A stretch of DNA of 64,000 nucleotides from Firmicutes bacterium ADurb.Bin193 (GTDB lineage: Bacteria; Bacillota; Clostridia; Monoglobales; Firm-18), in assembly GCA_002070105.1 (NCBI GenBank), contig MWCQ01000006.1, positions 35,651 to 99,650 of the forward strand. Direction: 5' to 3'. Under the pieces are notes generated by a model. That model saw nothing but the letters and a program-made list of their open reading frames with translations. It was not told where the DNA came from and ran no database searches. Both the position numbers and the translations under genes were made by a program. Of this stretch, positions 44,896-54,387 are shown one piece after another; the first letter of the stretch is position 1; the number at the start of each line of letters is the position of its first letter.

Positions 44896-46731
44896 CTACT
44901 GCTTTCCTTTAATAAGCCTCATCGAATTCATAACCGCCAAAAGTGCCACGCCTACATCGGCAAAAACCGCATACCACATGGACGCAATTCCGAATACCGC
45001 AAGAAGCATTACTATTCCCTTTGTTCCGAGCGCGAATACGATATTCTGCCACACCACTCTTCTTGTCAGCCTTCCGACATCTATTGCTTCGGCTATCTTC
45101 GACGGCTCGTCGGTCATAATTATGACATCCGCCGCCTCAATCGCCGCATCGCTTCCCATACCGCCCATTGCTATTCCTACATCGGCAATCGCAAGCACGG
45201 GGGCATCATTTATTCCGTCCCCCACAAACGCAACCGCGCCGCTTTTTTTGATTTCCTCAAGCTTGGAAACCTTGTCGCCGGGGAGAAGATTAAAGTAAAC
45301 CTCGTCGACCCCGACCTGCTCCGCTGTTTTTTTAGCCGAATATCCGTTGTCGCCCGTCAGTATTACGGTTTTCTTTATTCCTGCCGATTTAAGCTTTTGG
45401 ATTGCGGCTTTCGAGTCGGGCTTTAATTCGTCCTCAACCGCTATATGCCCCGCATATTCGCCGTCTATTGATATGTGAACCGCCGCATAAGGCGTTGCCT
45501 CGGCGCCCTCGACAAAATCTGCGTTGCCTGCCACAACCGGTCTTTGGTCTATGACGGCTTTTATGCCCTTTCCCGCTATTTCCGTATAATCGGAAATCCT
45601 TGACTCGTCAATTTCCTTACCGTATTCTTTAACAACGGAGCGGGCTATGGGGTGACCCGAATAATGCTCAGCATAAGCCGCAAGCTCTAAAAGGTTTTCG
45701 ACCTTTGCGTTTATCTCGGTTACCTTGAAGGTGCCCTGTGTAAGTGTTCCCGTCTTGTCAAACACAACCGTTTCAACACTTCTGAGTGCCTCAAGATAAT
45801 TTGCGCCCTTTACAAGTATTCCCCTTTTTGATGCCCTTCCTATGCCGCCGAAAAAGCCGAGCGGAATTGAAACAACAAGCGCGCACGGGCAGGAAATTAC
45901 AAGGAATACAAGCGCCCTGTGTATCCACGGCGAAAACGGCTCACCCAGTATGGGGGGAACCAAAACGGCCATAGCCGCCGCTAAAAGCGTGACCGCGGGA
46001 GTATAGCCCTTTGCGAAGCGGGTTATAAAAGCCTCGGTTTTAGCCTTTCTGTCCGCGGCGTTTTGTGTTAGCTCAAGAATTTTCGCAACCGTGCTGTCAC
46101 CATAGAGCTTTGTGACCTCTATTGTCAAAACCCCGCTCATATTTACCCAGCCGCTTAAAACATCTTCGCCGATGGATACATCCCTCGGCAGAGCTTCACC
46201 CGACAAGGCGCTTGTGTCAACCGCCGCGCTTCCCTCAATTATTTTACCGTCAAGCGGTATCCTCTCACCCGGTTTAACGATAATCGTATCGCCTATACCC
46301 ACCGATTCGGGGGGAACCCTCTTTCCGCCCGGAATAACCGCATAGTCGGGACGAATGTTCATAAGTGAGGATATTGCTTTTTTTGAGCGCTCGACAGAGA
46401 GGTTTTGAAGAATCTCACCGGCCTGGAAAAACAGCATTACTGCCGCACCTTCGGGGTGGTCGCCCATGATGAACGCACCCACGGTAGCAACGGACATTAA
46501 AAAGTTTTCGTCAAATACTTTGCCCTTTAATATATTGGATGCCGCGCGCCGGACAATATCTCCGCCCGCAAGAGCAAAGCTTACAACGAAGAGAAAAAGG
46601 CTTTCGCTAAGTGCATAAGCCGCACCAAAAGCTGTCGCGGACAGTATTAGGCGGATTGCAAGAAAAACAACGCTTTCGGCGGTTTTTCCGCTTCTTGAAC
46701 AGGAGTCACAACAAGCAGGACATCCGTTCAT
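44896..46731 (-). CDS. heavy-metal (Zn/Cd/Co-type) translocating P1B-type ATPase
   Basis: CPC transmembrane motif (SCPCALVVS), DKTGTLT, GDGINDAP, and a Cys-rich N-terminus MNGCPACCDSC. Confidence 0.9.
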   Translation of the reverse strand: MNGCPACCDSCSRSGKTAESVVFLAIRLILSATAFGAAYALSESLFLFVVSFALAGGDIVRRAASNILKGKVFDENFLMSVATVGAFIMGDHPEGAAVMLFFQAGEILQNLSVERSKKAISSLMNIRPDYAVIPGGKRVPPESVGIGDTIIVKPGERIPLDGKIIEGSAAVDTSALSGEALPRDVSIGEDVLSGWVNMSGVLTIEVTKLYGDSTVAKILELTQNAADRKAKTEAFITRFAKGYTPAVTLLAAAMAVLVPPILGEPFSPWIHRALVFLVISCPCALVVSIPLGFFGGIGRASKRGILVKGANYLEALRSVETVVFDKTGTLTQGTFKVTEINAKVENLLELAAYAEHYSGHPIARSVVKEYGKEIDESRISDYTEIAGKGIKAVIDQRPVVAGNADFVEGAEATPYAAVHISIDGEYAGHIAVEDELKPDSKAAIQKLKSAGIKKTVILTGDNGYSAKKTAEQVGVDEVYFNLLPGDKVSKLEEIKKSGAVAFVGDGINDAPVLAIADVGIAMGGMGSDAAIEAADVIIMTDEPSKIAEAIDVGRLTRRVVWQNIVFALGTKGIVMLLAVFGIASMWYAVFADVGVALLAVMNSMRLIKGKQ

Positions 46732-46742
46732 GTCTATCCCTC

Positions 46743-47087
46743 CTATTCAAGTGTATGCTCCATTGCAAGAGCAAATATCTTTTTAACATGATTATCCCCT
46801 AAGGAATAAAATGATGATTTTCCCCTGCGTCTTACGAGTACAAGATTAAAATGGCGAAGGATACGAAGCTGATGCGATACCGCAGACTGAGTCATTCCGA
46901 CAGCCTCGGTAAGGTCCTGCACACACATCTCGCTTTCAAACAGTGCGCATATAATCTTGGTCCTTGTCGTGTCGCCGAAAACCTTAAAAAGCTCCGCAAC
47001 ATCATACAGTATTTCGTCTTTGGGCATTCTTTCTGCAACCTCAGCACCCTTTGACTTTGGTTTATCATCCGTTTTTACAGCGGCCAT
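46743..47087 (-). CDS. ArsR/SmtB-family metalloregulator
   Basis: FKVFGDTTRTKIICAL...EMCVQDL...SAVSHQLRILR wHTH signature. Confidence 0.85.
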   Translation of the reverse strand: MAAVKTDDKPKSKGAEVAERMPKDEILYDVAELFKVFGDTTRTKIICALFESEMCVQDLTEAVGMTQSAVSHQLRILRHFNLVLVRRRGKSSFYSLGDNHVKKIFALAMEHTLE

Positions 47088-47099
47088 GCTTTCACCTCC

Positions 47100-47121
47100 G
47101 CAATAATATATGAATTATTGC
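47100..47121. promoter_or_regulatory. putative ArsR-family operator (8-6-8 perfect palindrome)
   Basis: gcaataat-atatga-attattgc lies between a TTGACA-16-TAAAAT promoter (minus strand) and the RBS of the regulator gene. Confidence 0.45.
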
Positions 47122-47516
47122 TCACATGTTCATTTTAACACCTATTTTGTATTTGTCAATATGTTTTGTCAATTTTTATTTTTTGGCTTGTGATTAACCG
47201 ATCAGGGTTCGGTAAAAAGAGTTTATTCAAATAATGAAACGGAATTGTAAAGAAAAAATGTCGGAATATCTGTTATAATGTAACTATATAGGTCAAGCCG
47301 AAAAACATGGTTTTTCGGTTGCCTAAAATGCAAATACATTTCTGAAAACTGCATGGTTTTTGCAGTTTAGAGAGATTTGTGCGCATTTTTTCATAGGGTT
47401 TGCGGGTAAAGTTTTCTGTGCAAGCCTTATAGCTTTTTCTTCTTGCCGGGCTACATAAAGCCAAGAATATCGTGCGAGCAGGAGCAGCTTAATTCAAAAC
47501 ACACGGGGTGATATAT

Positions 47517-49133
47517 ATGTTTTGGAAGCTGGTTGCTTTTTTAACCGCTTTTGTACTTGTACTTACCGTTGGGGTTTCGGCCCTCAACGGAACCGAAAAC
47601 CACTGGGCAGGAGAGTATGCCCTAACGCTTTACAAAATGGGTATTATGAGCGGCGATGACCAGGGTAATGCGAATCTTGCCGACAACATAAAGCGGAGCG
47701 AGTTTCTTGCTCTTTTGATTCGTGCCGTCTATTCGATCGGTGATATTCATTATGAGAAAAGCTACTTCCCTGACATTCCCAAAACCGCATGGTACTATAC
47801 CATCGCCAACTTTGCAAAGGAAAAGGGTATCGTTGAGGGCGACGACAACGGAATGTTTCTTCCGGACAACAACATCAAAAGGGAAGAAATCGTACTTATG
47901 CTTGTGCGGGCGCTTGAGCTTAAGGGTACTGATACGAAGTTTTCCGATATAGACAGCAGCTATGCCTATTATAAAGAAATATGCGCCGCGGCTTCGAGCG
48001 GTATTATAAAAGGATATGAGGACAATAGTTTTATGCCTAAAAACCCTGCTACAAGGGGGGAGGCGGCCGCTATGATTGCCCGTCTTTTTATTCCTGAGAA
48101 AAGCAAACCGCCGCACATCGACGAGGGCGGCGAAGGGACTATCGGCGGAGTAAACCTAACCTGGCACCATGTTACCAAGGCCGGAATTACAACAAGCGGT
48201 GAGCGCAAGGACGGGCTTAATGTTATTTCGCCGACATGGTTTCGGATAAGGAGCTTTTCCGGGGAAAAGCCTGCCGATTACGAATATAAGCTAAGCGGCG
48301 ACAACAACTACTATTTTCAGGATATAGGCAATATGGAGTACATGAAAGAGGCCAAAAGACACGGGTATAAGGTTTGGGCGCTTTTTAAGTCAAACGATTT
48401 TTCGGCGAGGAATAACAGCGGATTTTTAAACGACGAAAACGCCAGGAAGTCGGCTATATCCTATGTGCGTGAGATGGTTGTAAAATACGGGCTTGACGGA
48501 ATAAATATGGATTTTGAAAATATGCTTGTGGAAGACAGGGACATTTACACGCAGTTTGTAAAGGAAATGAGCGAGATGACAAAGGAGCTTGGTATCGTTC
48601 TTTCCGTTGATGTTACAAAGTATGAGCCCTTGGGCGGGACATGGTCGCTTTGCTATGACAGGAAAGCAATTGCCGAGTATGCCGATTATGTTGCGCTTAT
48701 GGCATACGACCAACATTCCGCTTCAAGCACCGTTGCGGGAAGCGTCGGAGACCTTGACTGGACCGAAAAGGCTATTTTGAAAACGCTCGAAGAGGTTCCG
48801 AGCGAAAAAATTATACTTGGTATTCCTTTTTACACGCGCCTTTGGCAGACAAAGAACGGCAAGGTTGTGAAAACAAGCGCAATCGGCATGGAAATCGCGC
48901 GACAGAAAGTCGAGGAGGCAGGTGTTACGCCCGTTTATGACGAGAAAACAGGGCAGAACTATGCAACCTGGACAGAGGACGGGATTAAATTTGAAATATG
49001 GCTTGAGGACGAGGTTTCGATTAAAAGTCGTATTGACCTTGCAAAAAAATACGGTCTGGCGGGAGTAGCTTCATGGAGCATGGTCTTTGCGGATTCGTCC
49101 GCCTGGACAACTATAAAGGAGAATCTAAAATGA
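47517..49133 (+). CDS. S-layer-homology (3x SLH) protein with GH18 (YaaH/SleL-like) glycosyl hydrolase domain
   Basis: Three SLH repeats following a signal peptide. GH18 catalytic block GLDGINMDFE; C-terminal GLAGVASW. Confidence 0.8.
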   Translation: MFWKLVAFLTAFVLVLTVGVSALNGTENHWAGEYALTLYKMGIMSGDDQGNANLADNIKRSEFLALLIRAVYSIGDIHYEKSYFPDIPKTAWYYTIANFAKEKGIVEGDDNGMFLPDNNIKREEIVLMLVRALELKGTDTKFSDIDSSYAYYKEICAAASSGIIKGYEDNSFMPKNPATRGEAAAMIARLFIPEKSKPPHIDEGGEGTIGGVNLTWHHVTKAGITTSGERKDGLNVISPTWFRIRSFSGEKPADYEYKLSGDNNYYFQDIGNMEYMKEAKRHGYKVWALFKSNDFSARNNSGFLNDENARKSAISYVREMVVKYGLDGINMDFENMLVEDRDIYTQFVKEMSEMTKELGIVLSVDVTKYEPLGGTWSLCYDRKAIAEYADYVALMAYDQHSASSTVAGSVGDLDWTEKAILKTLEEVPSEKIILGIPFYTRLWQTKNGKVVKTSAIGMEIARQKVEEAGVTPVYDEKTGQNYATWTEDGIKFEIWLEDEVSIKSRIDLAKKYGLAGVASWSMVFADSSAWTTIKENLK

Positions 49134-49360
49134 TTGGCACAGTTAAAAGGATTTTGATAGGCGCCTGTTACGGCGCCTGCGCAATACTGTTCTGGCAGGG
49201 AGATATTGTCCGACCACTGCTTTTATCGCACATTTTAGCGGCAATCGTCGTATTTCTTGCCGCAGTCAAGGTTATTAAAAAATCCCCCGACATAATGTCT
49301 GCCTTCGGATTTGCGGCGGGGATTATTATCACTATGCTTGCAATCGGGGAGAAGCTCTGA
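49130..49360 (+). CDS. small membrane protein (76 aa)
   Basis: ATG overlaps the stop of the GH18 gene (ATGA). Three hydrophobic segments. Its stop overlaps the trmB start. Confidence 0.45.
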   Translation: MIGTVKRILIGACYGACAILFWQGDIVRPLLLSHILAAIVVFLAAVKVIKKSPDIMSAFGFAAGIIITMLAIGEKL

Positions 49361-49998
49361 TGAGGATGAGGAAAAAGAAAAACGCCCCCGAAAGGCTTGA
49401 ACTTTGCGGAAGCCTGTGGGTTAAGGAGCCTTGCGCAAACGCCGGGCGCTGGAGAGAGGTTTTCGGTAATGAGGCGCCCCTGCATATTGAAATAGGCTGT
49501 GGGAAGGGCGGCTTTATTACCGAGATTGCGCAAACCAATCCGCACATTAACTATGTCGCTGTGGAAAAGCTTATTAATGTTATTGTCTTGGCGGCGGAAC
49601 GGGTGAAAAACGCCGGTCTTTCAAATGTACGGTTTGTGCTTGGCGATGCCGCTTTACTCTCGAATATGTTCGGTATGGGCGAGGTGCAGAGGATTTATCT
49701 TAATTTTTGCGACCCGTGGCCCAAACGCAGGCATGAAAAAAGGAGGCTTACGCATAAAGCCTTCCTTGATATTTATAAATATGTGCTTGCCCCCGAAAGC
49801 TCGGTTTTTTTCAAAACCGACAACAGGGCTTTGTTCGATTACTCCGTACAAAGCTTTGAGCAGTGCGGGTTTTTGCTTAAAAATTTAACCCTCGACCTCC
49901 ACAACAGCGGAATCGAGGGTAATATAATGACAGAGTATGAAAAATTGTTCAGCGATATGGGCTTTCCGATTTACGCTCTTGAAGCCGTTATTTCGTAA
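49360..49998 (+). CDS. trmB: tRNA (guanine46-N7)-methyltransferase
   Basis: [26 protein letters not shown] motifs. Confidence 0.9.
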   Translation: MRMRKKKNAPERLELCGSLWVKEPCANAGRWREVFGNEAPLHIEIGCGKGGFITEIAQTNPHINYVAVEKLINVIVLAAERVKNAGLSNVRFVLGDAALLSNMFGMGEVQRIYLNFCDPWPKRRHEKRRLTHKAFLDIYKYVLAPESSVFFKTDNRALFDYSVQSFEQCGFLLKNLTLDLHNSGIEGNIMTEYEKLFSDMGFPIYALEAVIS

Positions 49999-50704
49999 CG
50001 GAAGGCTGTTTTGCGAAGAAATACCCCACGCCGCGCCTTGTCACAACATATTTCGGATTGGACGCGTCGTCTTCTATCTTCTCACGAAGACGGCGGATTG
50101 TTACATCAACGGTGCGAACATCGCCGTAATACTCATAACCCCACACCTTTTCAAGAAGCGCTTCTCTTGAAAAGATTTTTTCGGGCTGGAGTGCAAGAAA
50201 CTTCAGAAGCTCAAATTCACGGAGGGTAAGGTCTATCACCTTGCCTTCTTTTTTTACCTCATATCGTTCTATGTTTATTTCGAGTGTTCCGTGGATTATA
50301 CTTGTGGTGTCGGCGCTCATCTCAAGATAGGTAAGGTCGGTCGCACCCCTTCGCAGGTTCGCCTTCACCCTCGCCATAAGCTCTCTTATAGAGAAGGGCT
50401 TTGTGATATAGTCGTCCGCGCCGATTGCAAGCCCCAAAACCTTGTCAACCTCTTCCTCCCTTGCGGTTATCATAAGAATAGGGGTTGAAATGCGCTCACG
50501 CAGCTTTTTGCATACGGTAAAGCCGTCCATCTTAGGAAGCATTACATCAAGAAGTATAAGATCGGGATTTGACTCAAGAGCTATCCTTACAGCCTCTTCT
50601 CCGTCGTACGCCTCTAAAACCTTGTATCCCTCTTTTTTTAAGTTGAAGCGAAGTATGTCTACGATTGGCTCTTCATCATCTACAACCAGTATTGTTCTTT
50701 CCAT
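49988..50704 (-). CDS. OmpR/PhoB-family response regulator
   Basis: Receiver domain (DDEE...D...[11 protein letters not shown]...K) plus a winged-helix C-terminus (LTLREFELL..., [17 protein letters not shown]). Confidence 0.9.
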   Translation of the reverse strand: MERTILVVDDEEPIVDILRFNLKKEGYKVLEAYDGEEAVRIALESNPDLILLDVMLPKMDGFTVCKKLRERISTPILMITAREEEVDKVLGLAIGADDYITKPFSIRELMARVKANLRRGATDLTYLEMSADTTSIIHGTLEINIERYEVKKEGKVIDLTLREFELLKFLALQPEKIFSREALLEKVWGYEYYGDVRTVDVTIRRLREKIEDDASNPKYVVTRRGVGYFFAKQPSVTK

Positions 50705-50806
50705 TTTGCGCCCCCCTTTTTTTATTAGGCCGCCGACTGACGATGTATTGTTTATAATAAAATACAGATAAAACTTAAAGTGGTTTGCGTTGTTAGCGTA
50801 TATTCC

Positions 50807-52384
50807 TTACAGCCCTAAATAACTTGCCGGATTCTGAGGCGTACCGTTTTTCCTAACCTCAAAGTGGCAGTGAGGCCCTGTGCTTCTCCCTGTATTTCCT
50901 ACCTTTGCTATTGTATCGCCTTTGGACACTTTTTGTCCGGATTTCACCAAAAGAGCACTGCAATGGGCGTAATATGTCACATAGCCGTTGCTGTGATTTA
51001 TCTTGACAAGATAGCCGTATGCGCCTTCCCAGCCCGAATAGATTACCGTTCCGCTGTCAGCCGCCTTAATGGGCGTACCGGTCGGTGCGGCGATATCAAG
51101 GCCGCTGTGCCAACCCCTGCTCCTATTCCCGAATCGGGAGGATATTGTTCCGTATACAGGGCGGGAGAATTTTCCCGAAGCCACTGCCGCAACACGGGTT
51201 GATTTCGTTCCGACCCTTACCTCGGCGGCAACGGGCTCGGACAGTAATTTTTCGGATTTGACATTGTGCTCAACCTCGTCACCGTTTATTTTAACGATTT
51301 CTTCAACCACATATTTTTTGCCCTCAATGCCCGCAACAACAACCTTCCTGCTTCCCGAAGCCATTGAGGAATCTTGCTTTTCTTTTGTTTCGTACGGTAT
51401 CGGCCTTTCGCCTTCGTATATATATGTCGTCCTAACAGAAAGGACGGGACTGCTTTTATTTATTATGATTTCATCACCGGCATGAATGGTCTCCTTTAAG
51501 TTTTCGTTCATGCTATACAGGTCGTCTACGGACATCCCGTACTTTCTTGCTATGCCCCAAAGTGTGTCCTTTTCGGTCACAACATATTTTCTGGTGCCTT
51601 CGTTTGTTGTGGTGAGCGCCGAATATATGCCGTCCTCCGAGCGCAAATATCCTATCGGAATAAATTCCTTTCGGACCGATACATTATCGACAAATTCAAC
51701 AGTCGCACCCGTTATATCCTCTTTGTATTTGGTTTTTACACGCTCAAGCGCGTTGTTTACGCTCTTTTCGTCAAGACCCGCGCAGACCAAAACATCGTTT
51801 ACATATACGGCATAGCCTTCCTCAACCTCGTCAAAGGTTGAGAGAATGTTCTGGCGGAGGGTATAGTTGCTTGTAAGACTTTTGCCGAAAACAAGCCGGG
51901 CAATATACACAGGCTTGGGGGGAGGCGCAACCTCTTTGCCGAGTGTTATGGACAGGGAGTTTTGCATATCCAAAACAAGCTTTTCAAATTCCGCAACATT
52001 TGAAATAACGCCCACCGGCTTTGAGCCTATTATAGCTTCACGCGCGAAATGAAGGTCTACCGCGGAAACAGAGCCGTAAACCAAGATCGCCGCACACAGC
52101 AAAGCAACAGGATACATTGCGGCTTTTCTTATATATCCCAAAAATTCGCCCATGCTAAAAAGGCGTTTCATAATAAGCCTTCCGCTGTCCTGCGCAAAGC
52201 CGATTTTGTATTTTGACAGATTTTTTTCAAGACACGGGTTTGGTTTTACCGCTGTCTTTGGACGCTGGGTTTTCGTTTCCGCAACGGCAATTATGTTTCG
52301 CCTTGCGGAAATGGCCGGCCTTCTTGTAGTCATAACATCAGCCACCTCGAATATCAAGCGCCCGGTTTTTTTGCCGTAAAACAA
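50807..52384 (-). CDS. M23-family peptidoglycan metalloendopeptidase with LysM and G5-like domains
   Basis: LysM (YVVTEKDTLWGIARKYGMSVDDL). M23 motifs HSGLDIAAP..., GNTGRSTGPHCHFEV. N-terminal TM segment. Start uncertain. Confidence 0.8.
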   Translation of the reverse strand: MFYGKKTGRLIFEVADVMTTRRPAISARRNIIAVAETKTQRPKTAVKPNPCLEKNLSKYKIGFAQDSGRLIMKRLFSMGEFLGYIRKAAMYPVALLCAAILVYGSVSAVDLHFAREAIIGSKPVGVISNVAEFEKLVLDMQNSLSITLGKEVAPPPKPVYIARLVFGKSLTSNYTLRQNILSTFDEVEEGYAVYVNDVLVCAGLDEKSVNNALERVKTKYKEDITGATVEFVDNVSVRKEFIPIGYLRSEDGIYSALTTTNEGTRKYVVTEKDTLWGIARKYGMSVDDLYSMNENLKETIHAGDEIIINKSSPVLSVRTTYIYEGERPIPYETKEKQDSSMASGSRKVVVAGIEGKKYVVEEIVKINGDEVEHNVKSEKLLSEPVAAEVRVGTKSTRVAAVASGKFSRPVYGTISSRFGNRSRGWHSGLDIAAPTGTPIKAADSGTVIYSGWEGAYGYLVKINHSNGYVTYYAHCSALLVKSGQKVSKGDTIAKVGNTGRSTGPHCHFEVRKNGTPQNPASYLGL

Positions 52385-52516
52385 ACAACCACCTCGTTAA
52401 TACTTTATGTTGAATAACCTTTAACGCTTGATATTGTATCTTAATTTTAATCTAATTGCAATACTTTTGTAATATTTGGTTGTAATTTTTATTTTGAGGC
52501 TTTGTAAAAAGTCACC

Positions 52517-52897
52517 TTAAAACAGGTTTCTGAGCTTTATTTTGTCTGCATCCTGAATATGGAGAATTCGCTGTCTTATCTTGGATAGCTCTAAAAGGGT
52601 GTTGGGTTTATCCCTTTCCATAATGCTCTTTTTTATATATGCCAGGGACTGTTCAACCTCTTCGGTTTCGGCATGGCGCATAACAACCTCAAAGATACGG
52701 GTCGCCGACTCCCATTCCTCTTCCGCCGTTTTTAGCAGTCCATCGCTTTCTTCCCATCTTTCAACCGATACGGCTTTGTCAAGAAGCGACAGTATTTCGG
52801 TAAGCTGTTCGGTTTTTGAGGAGATATAAAGCGAATTTGCGACAATGAGGGTTAATATTAATATGAAAGAGGCTATTACAATTATCGCTGTTTTCAT
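52517..52897 (-). CDS. DUF4363-like small membrane-anchored protein
   Basis: N-terminal TM segment plus a helical domain with W.E....L......W pattern. Paired with the DUF421 gene by a 4-nt overlap. Confidence 0.55.
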   Translation of the reverse strand: MKTAIIVIASFILILTLIVANSLYISSKTEQLTEILSLLDKAVSVERWEESDGLLKTAEEEWESATRIFEVVMRHAETEEVEQSLAYIKKSIMERDKPNTLLELSKIRQRILHIQDADKIKLRNLF

Positions 52898-53400
52898 TTT
52901 TTCTTCCCCTTCCCGCCCTTTATTTTATTGATATCCTTAATTGTTGCAGGGCTTTTGTCTTTTTTTAGTATAACGCTCATTTGCCCGTTTGTTTCGAGTA
53001 TTGCATACTGGACATCGCCTATGTTGGCACAGCCCGCAAGCCGGAGCTCTTCCATCAGGTCATCCCGGTTAAAGCGTATTTTTTTCATTTCGTTAAACAG
53101 GATTTTTCCCTCATGTACCAGTATGCTTGGCTTTCCGCTCATGATGCGCCGCAGTTTTTTGCTCTTCATTTCAATGTATGAAAAGAAAACCTCAAGTATT
53201 ACAAGCGTGAGAATCGGAACAGCCCCCGATATCAGAGGAACACCCGGCTCTTGCATAGGTATGGACGCAAGCTCGGATATCATTATTGTCACAACAAGCT
53301 CGGCAGGTTCAAGCTCGCCTACCTGACGCTTTCCCATGATTCTTACTACCGCTACTATGAACAGGTATAGCCCTATGGTACGCAAAAACGATATTGTCAT
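52894..53400 (-). CDS. DUF421 (YetF/YdfS-like) membrane protein
   Basis: RIMGKRQVGELEPAELVVTIMISELA motif. Confidence 0.7.
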   Translation of the reverse strand: MTISFLRTIGLYLFIVAVVRIMGKRQVGELEPAELVVTIMISELASIPMQEPGVPLISGAVPILTLVILEVFFSYIEMKSKKLRRIMSGKPSILVHEGKILFNEMKKIRFNRDDLMEELRLAGCANIGDVQYAILETNGQMSVILKKDKSPATIKDINKIKGGKGKKK

Positions 53401-53548
53401 TTCTCCTTTTCACATCCTTTTGTTATAAATCCTAAAAATCACTATGGCAGATTTTAGCCGCTTTTCTATGTTAACACCTTAAAATGAAATTTATGTATTG
53501 CAAAACATTGAAAAGTATGGTAAGATTTTTTAAAAAGGAGTGAGGAAT

Positions 53549-54094
53549 ATGAGCAAAACAAAAATCGTAACAAGAACCGCGGTAATTCTTGCTTTGGCAA
53601 TCATATTTCAAAATCTGAGGCCTTTTTTAGCCGGCTTAGGTCCCAATTCTCAGATTATTATCGGCTCTTTGGTTAATCTTTGCATAATTATCGCTACCGG
53701 AGCCGTCGGTTTTATACCCGGACTTGTTATATGCGTTGTAACCCCGATTATCGCTCTTTTTCAGGGGCATATTCCGCACTATCTTCTTGCGATTGTTACA
53801 CTTTTGGGCAACGCCGCTTTAGCCACGGTTTTTTATGTTTTTTCAAAATCAAAGTTTGCCGAACCGATAAACGCGTTTTTGGGCGTTGTTGTCGGAGCTG
53901 TAGTTAAGTGGGCTGTTATGTATTTCTTCGGTATTAAGTTTATACTATCACTTATTGTCGCAGAAATTAAACCGCCGCAGGTTGCCGCTATTTCCCTTGC
54001 TTTTAATTTTCCCCAAATTATTACCGCTTTAATCGGCGGAATTTTCGGGATTATTATCATAAAGTTTTTAAAAAACGCAAAACTGGTCGATTAG
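53549..54094 (+). CDS. small polytopic membrane protein, possibly a solitary ECF S component
   Basis: About six TM segments in 181 aa. AAGGAG lies 8 nt upstream of the ATG at 53549. Function inferred only from size and topology. Confidence 0.45.
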   Translation: MSKTKIVTRTAVILALAIIFQNLRPFLAGLGPNSQIIIGSLVNLCIIIATGAVGFIPGLVICVVTPIIALFQGHIPHYLLAIVTLLGNAALATVFYVFSKSKFAEPINAFLGVVVGAVVKWAVMYFFGIKFILSLIVAEIKPPQVAAISLAFNFPQIITALIGGIFGIIIIKFLKNAKLVD

Positions 54095-54161
54095 CTCAGT
54101 TGGTTAGAGTACTTGCTTGACATGCAAGGGGTCACTGGTTCGAGCCCAGCATCGACCACCA
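54085..54161 (+). tRNA. tRNA-Val (anticodon GAC), CCA encoded
   Basis: Hand fold: GGTCGAT|TA|GCTC|AGTTGGTTA|GAGT|A|CTTGC|TTGACAT|GCAAG|GGGTC|ACTGG|TTCGAGC|CCAGC|ATCGACC|A|CCA. Confidence 0.9.
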
Positions 54162-54387
54162 CGACAATAATGCGGATGAGGGCTTTGACCCCGCCGCATT
54201 TTTGTTGTTTGTTTTAATACTATCACTTTTTTAAGATATTTTTGTAAAGTGTAAATATTTTAAGGCTAAAAAAATAAACATATGATAGAGTGGGTTAATA
54301 TCGTCTTCGTCATAAAAACAAGTCTTGTGCCTTTAATGATTCGTACAGAGGCAACAAAAGGCGATAAGAAAGATGTTGAGGTCGTTT

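Noticed and set aside
47273-47464. 63-aa minus-strand ORF in the long intergenic region upstream of the SLH-GH18 gene
   Set aside because: It has no RBS, a Cys/Lys-rich low-complexity translation, and it overlaps the hairpins. It is treated as non-coding leader.
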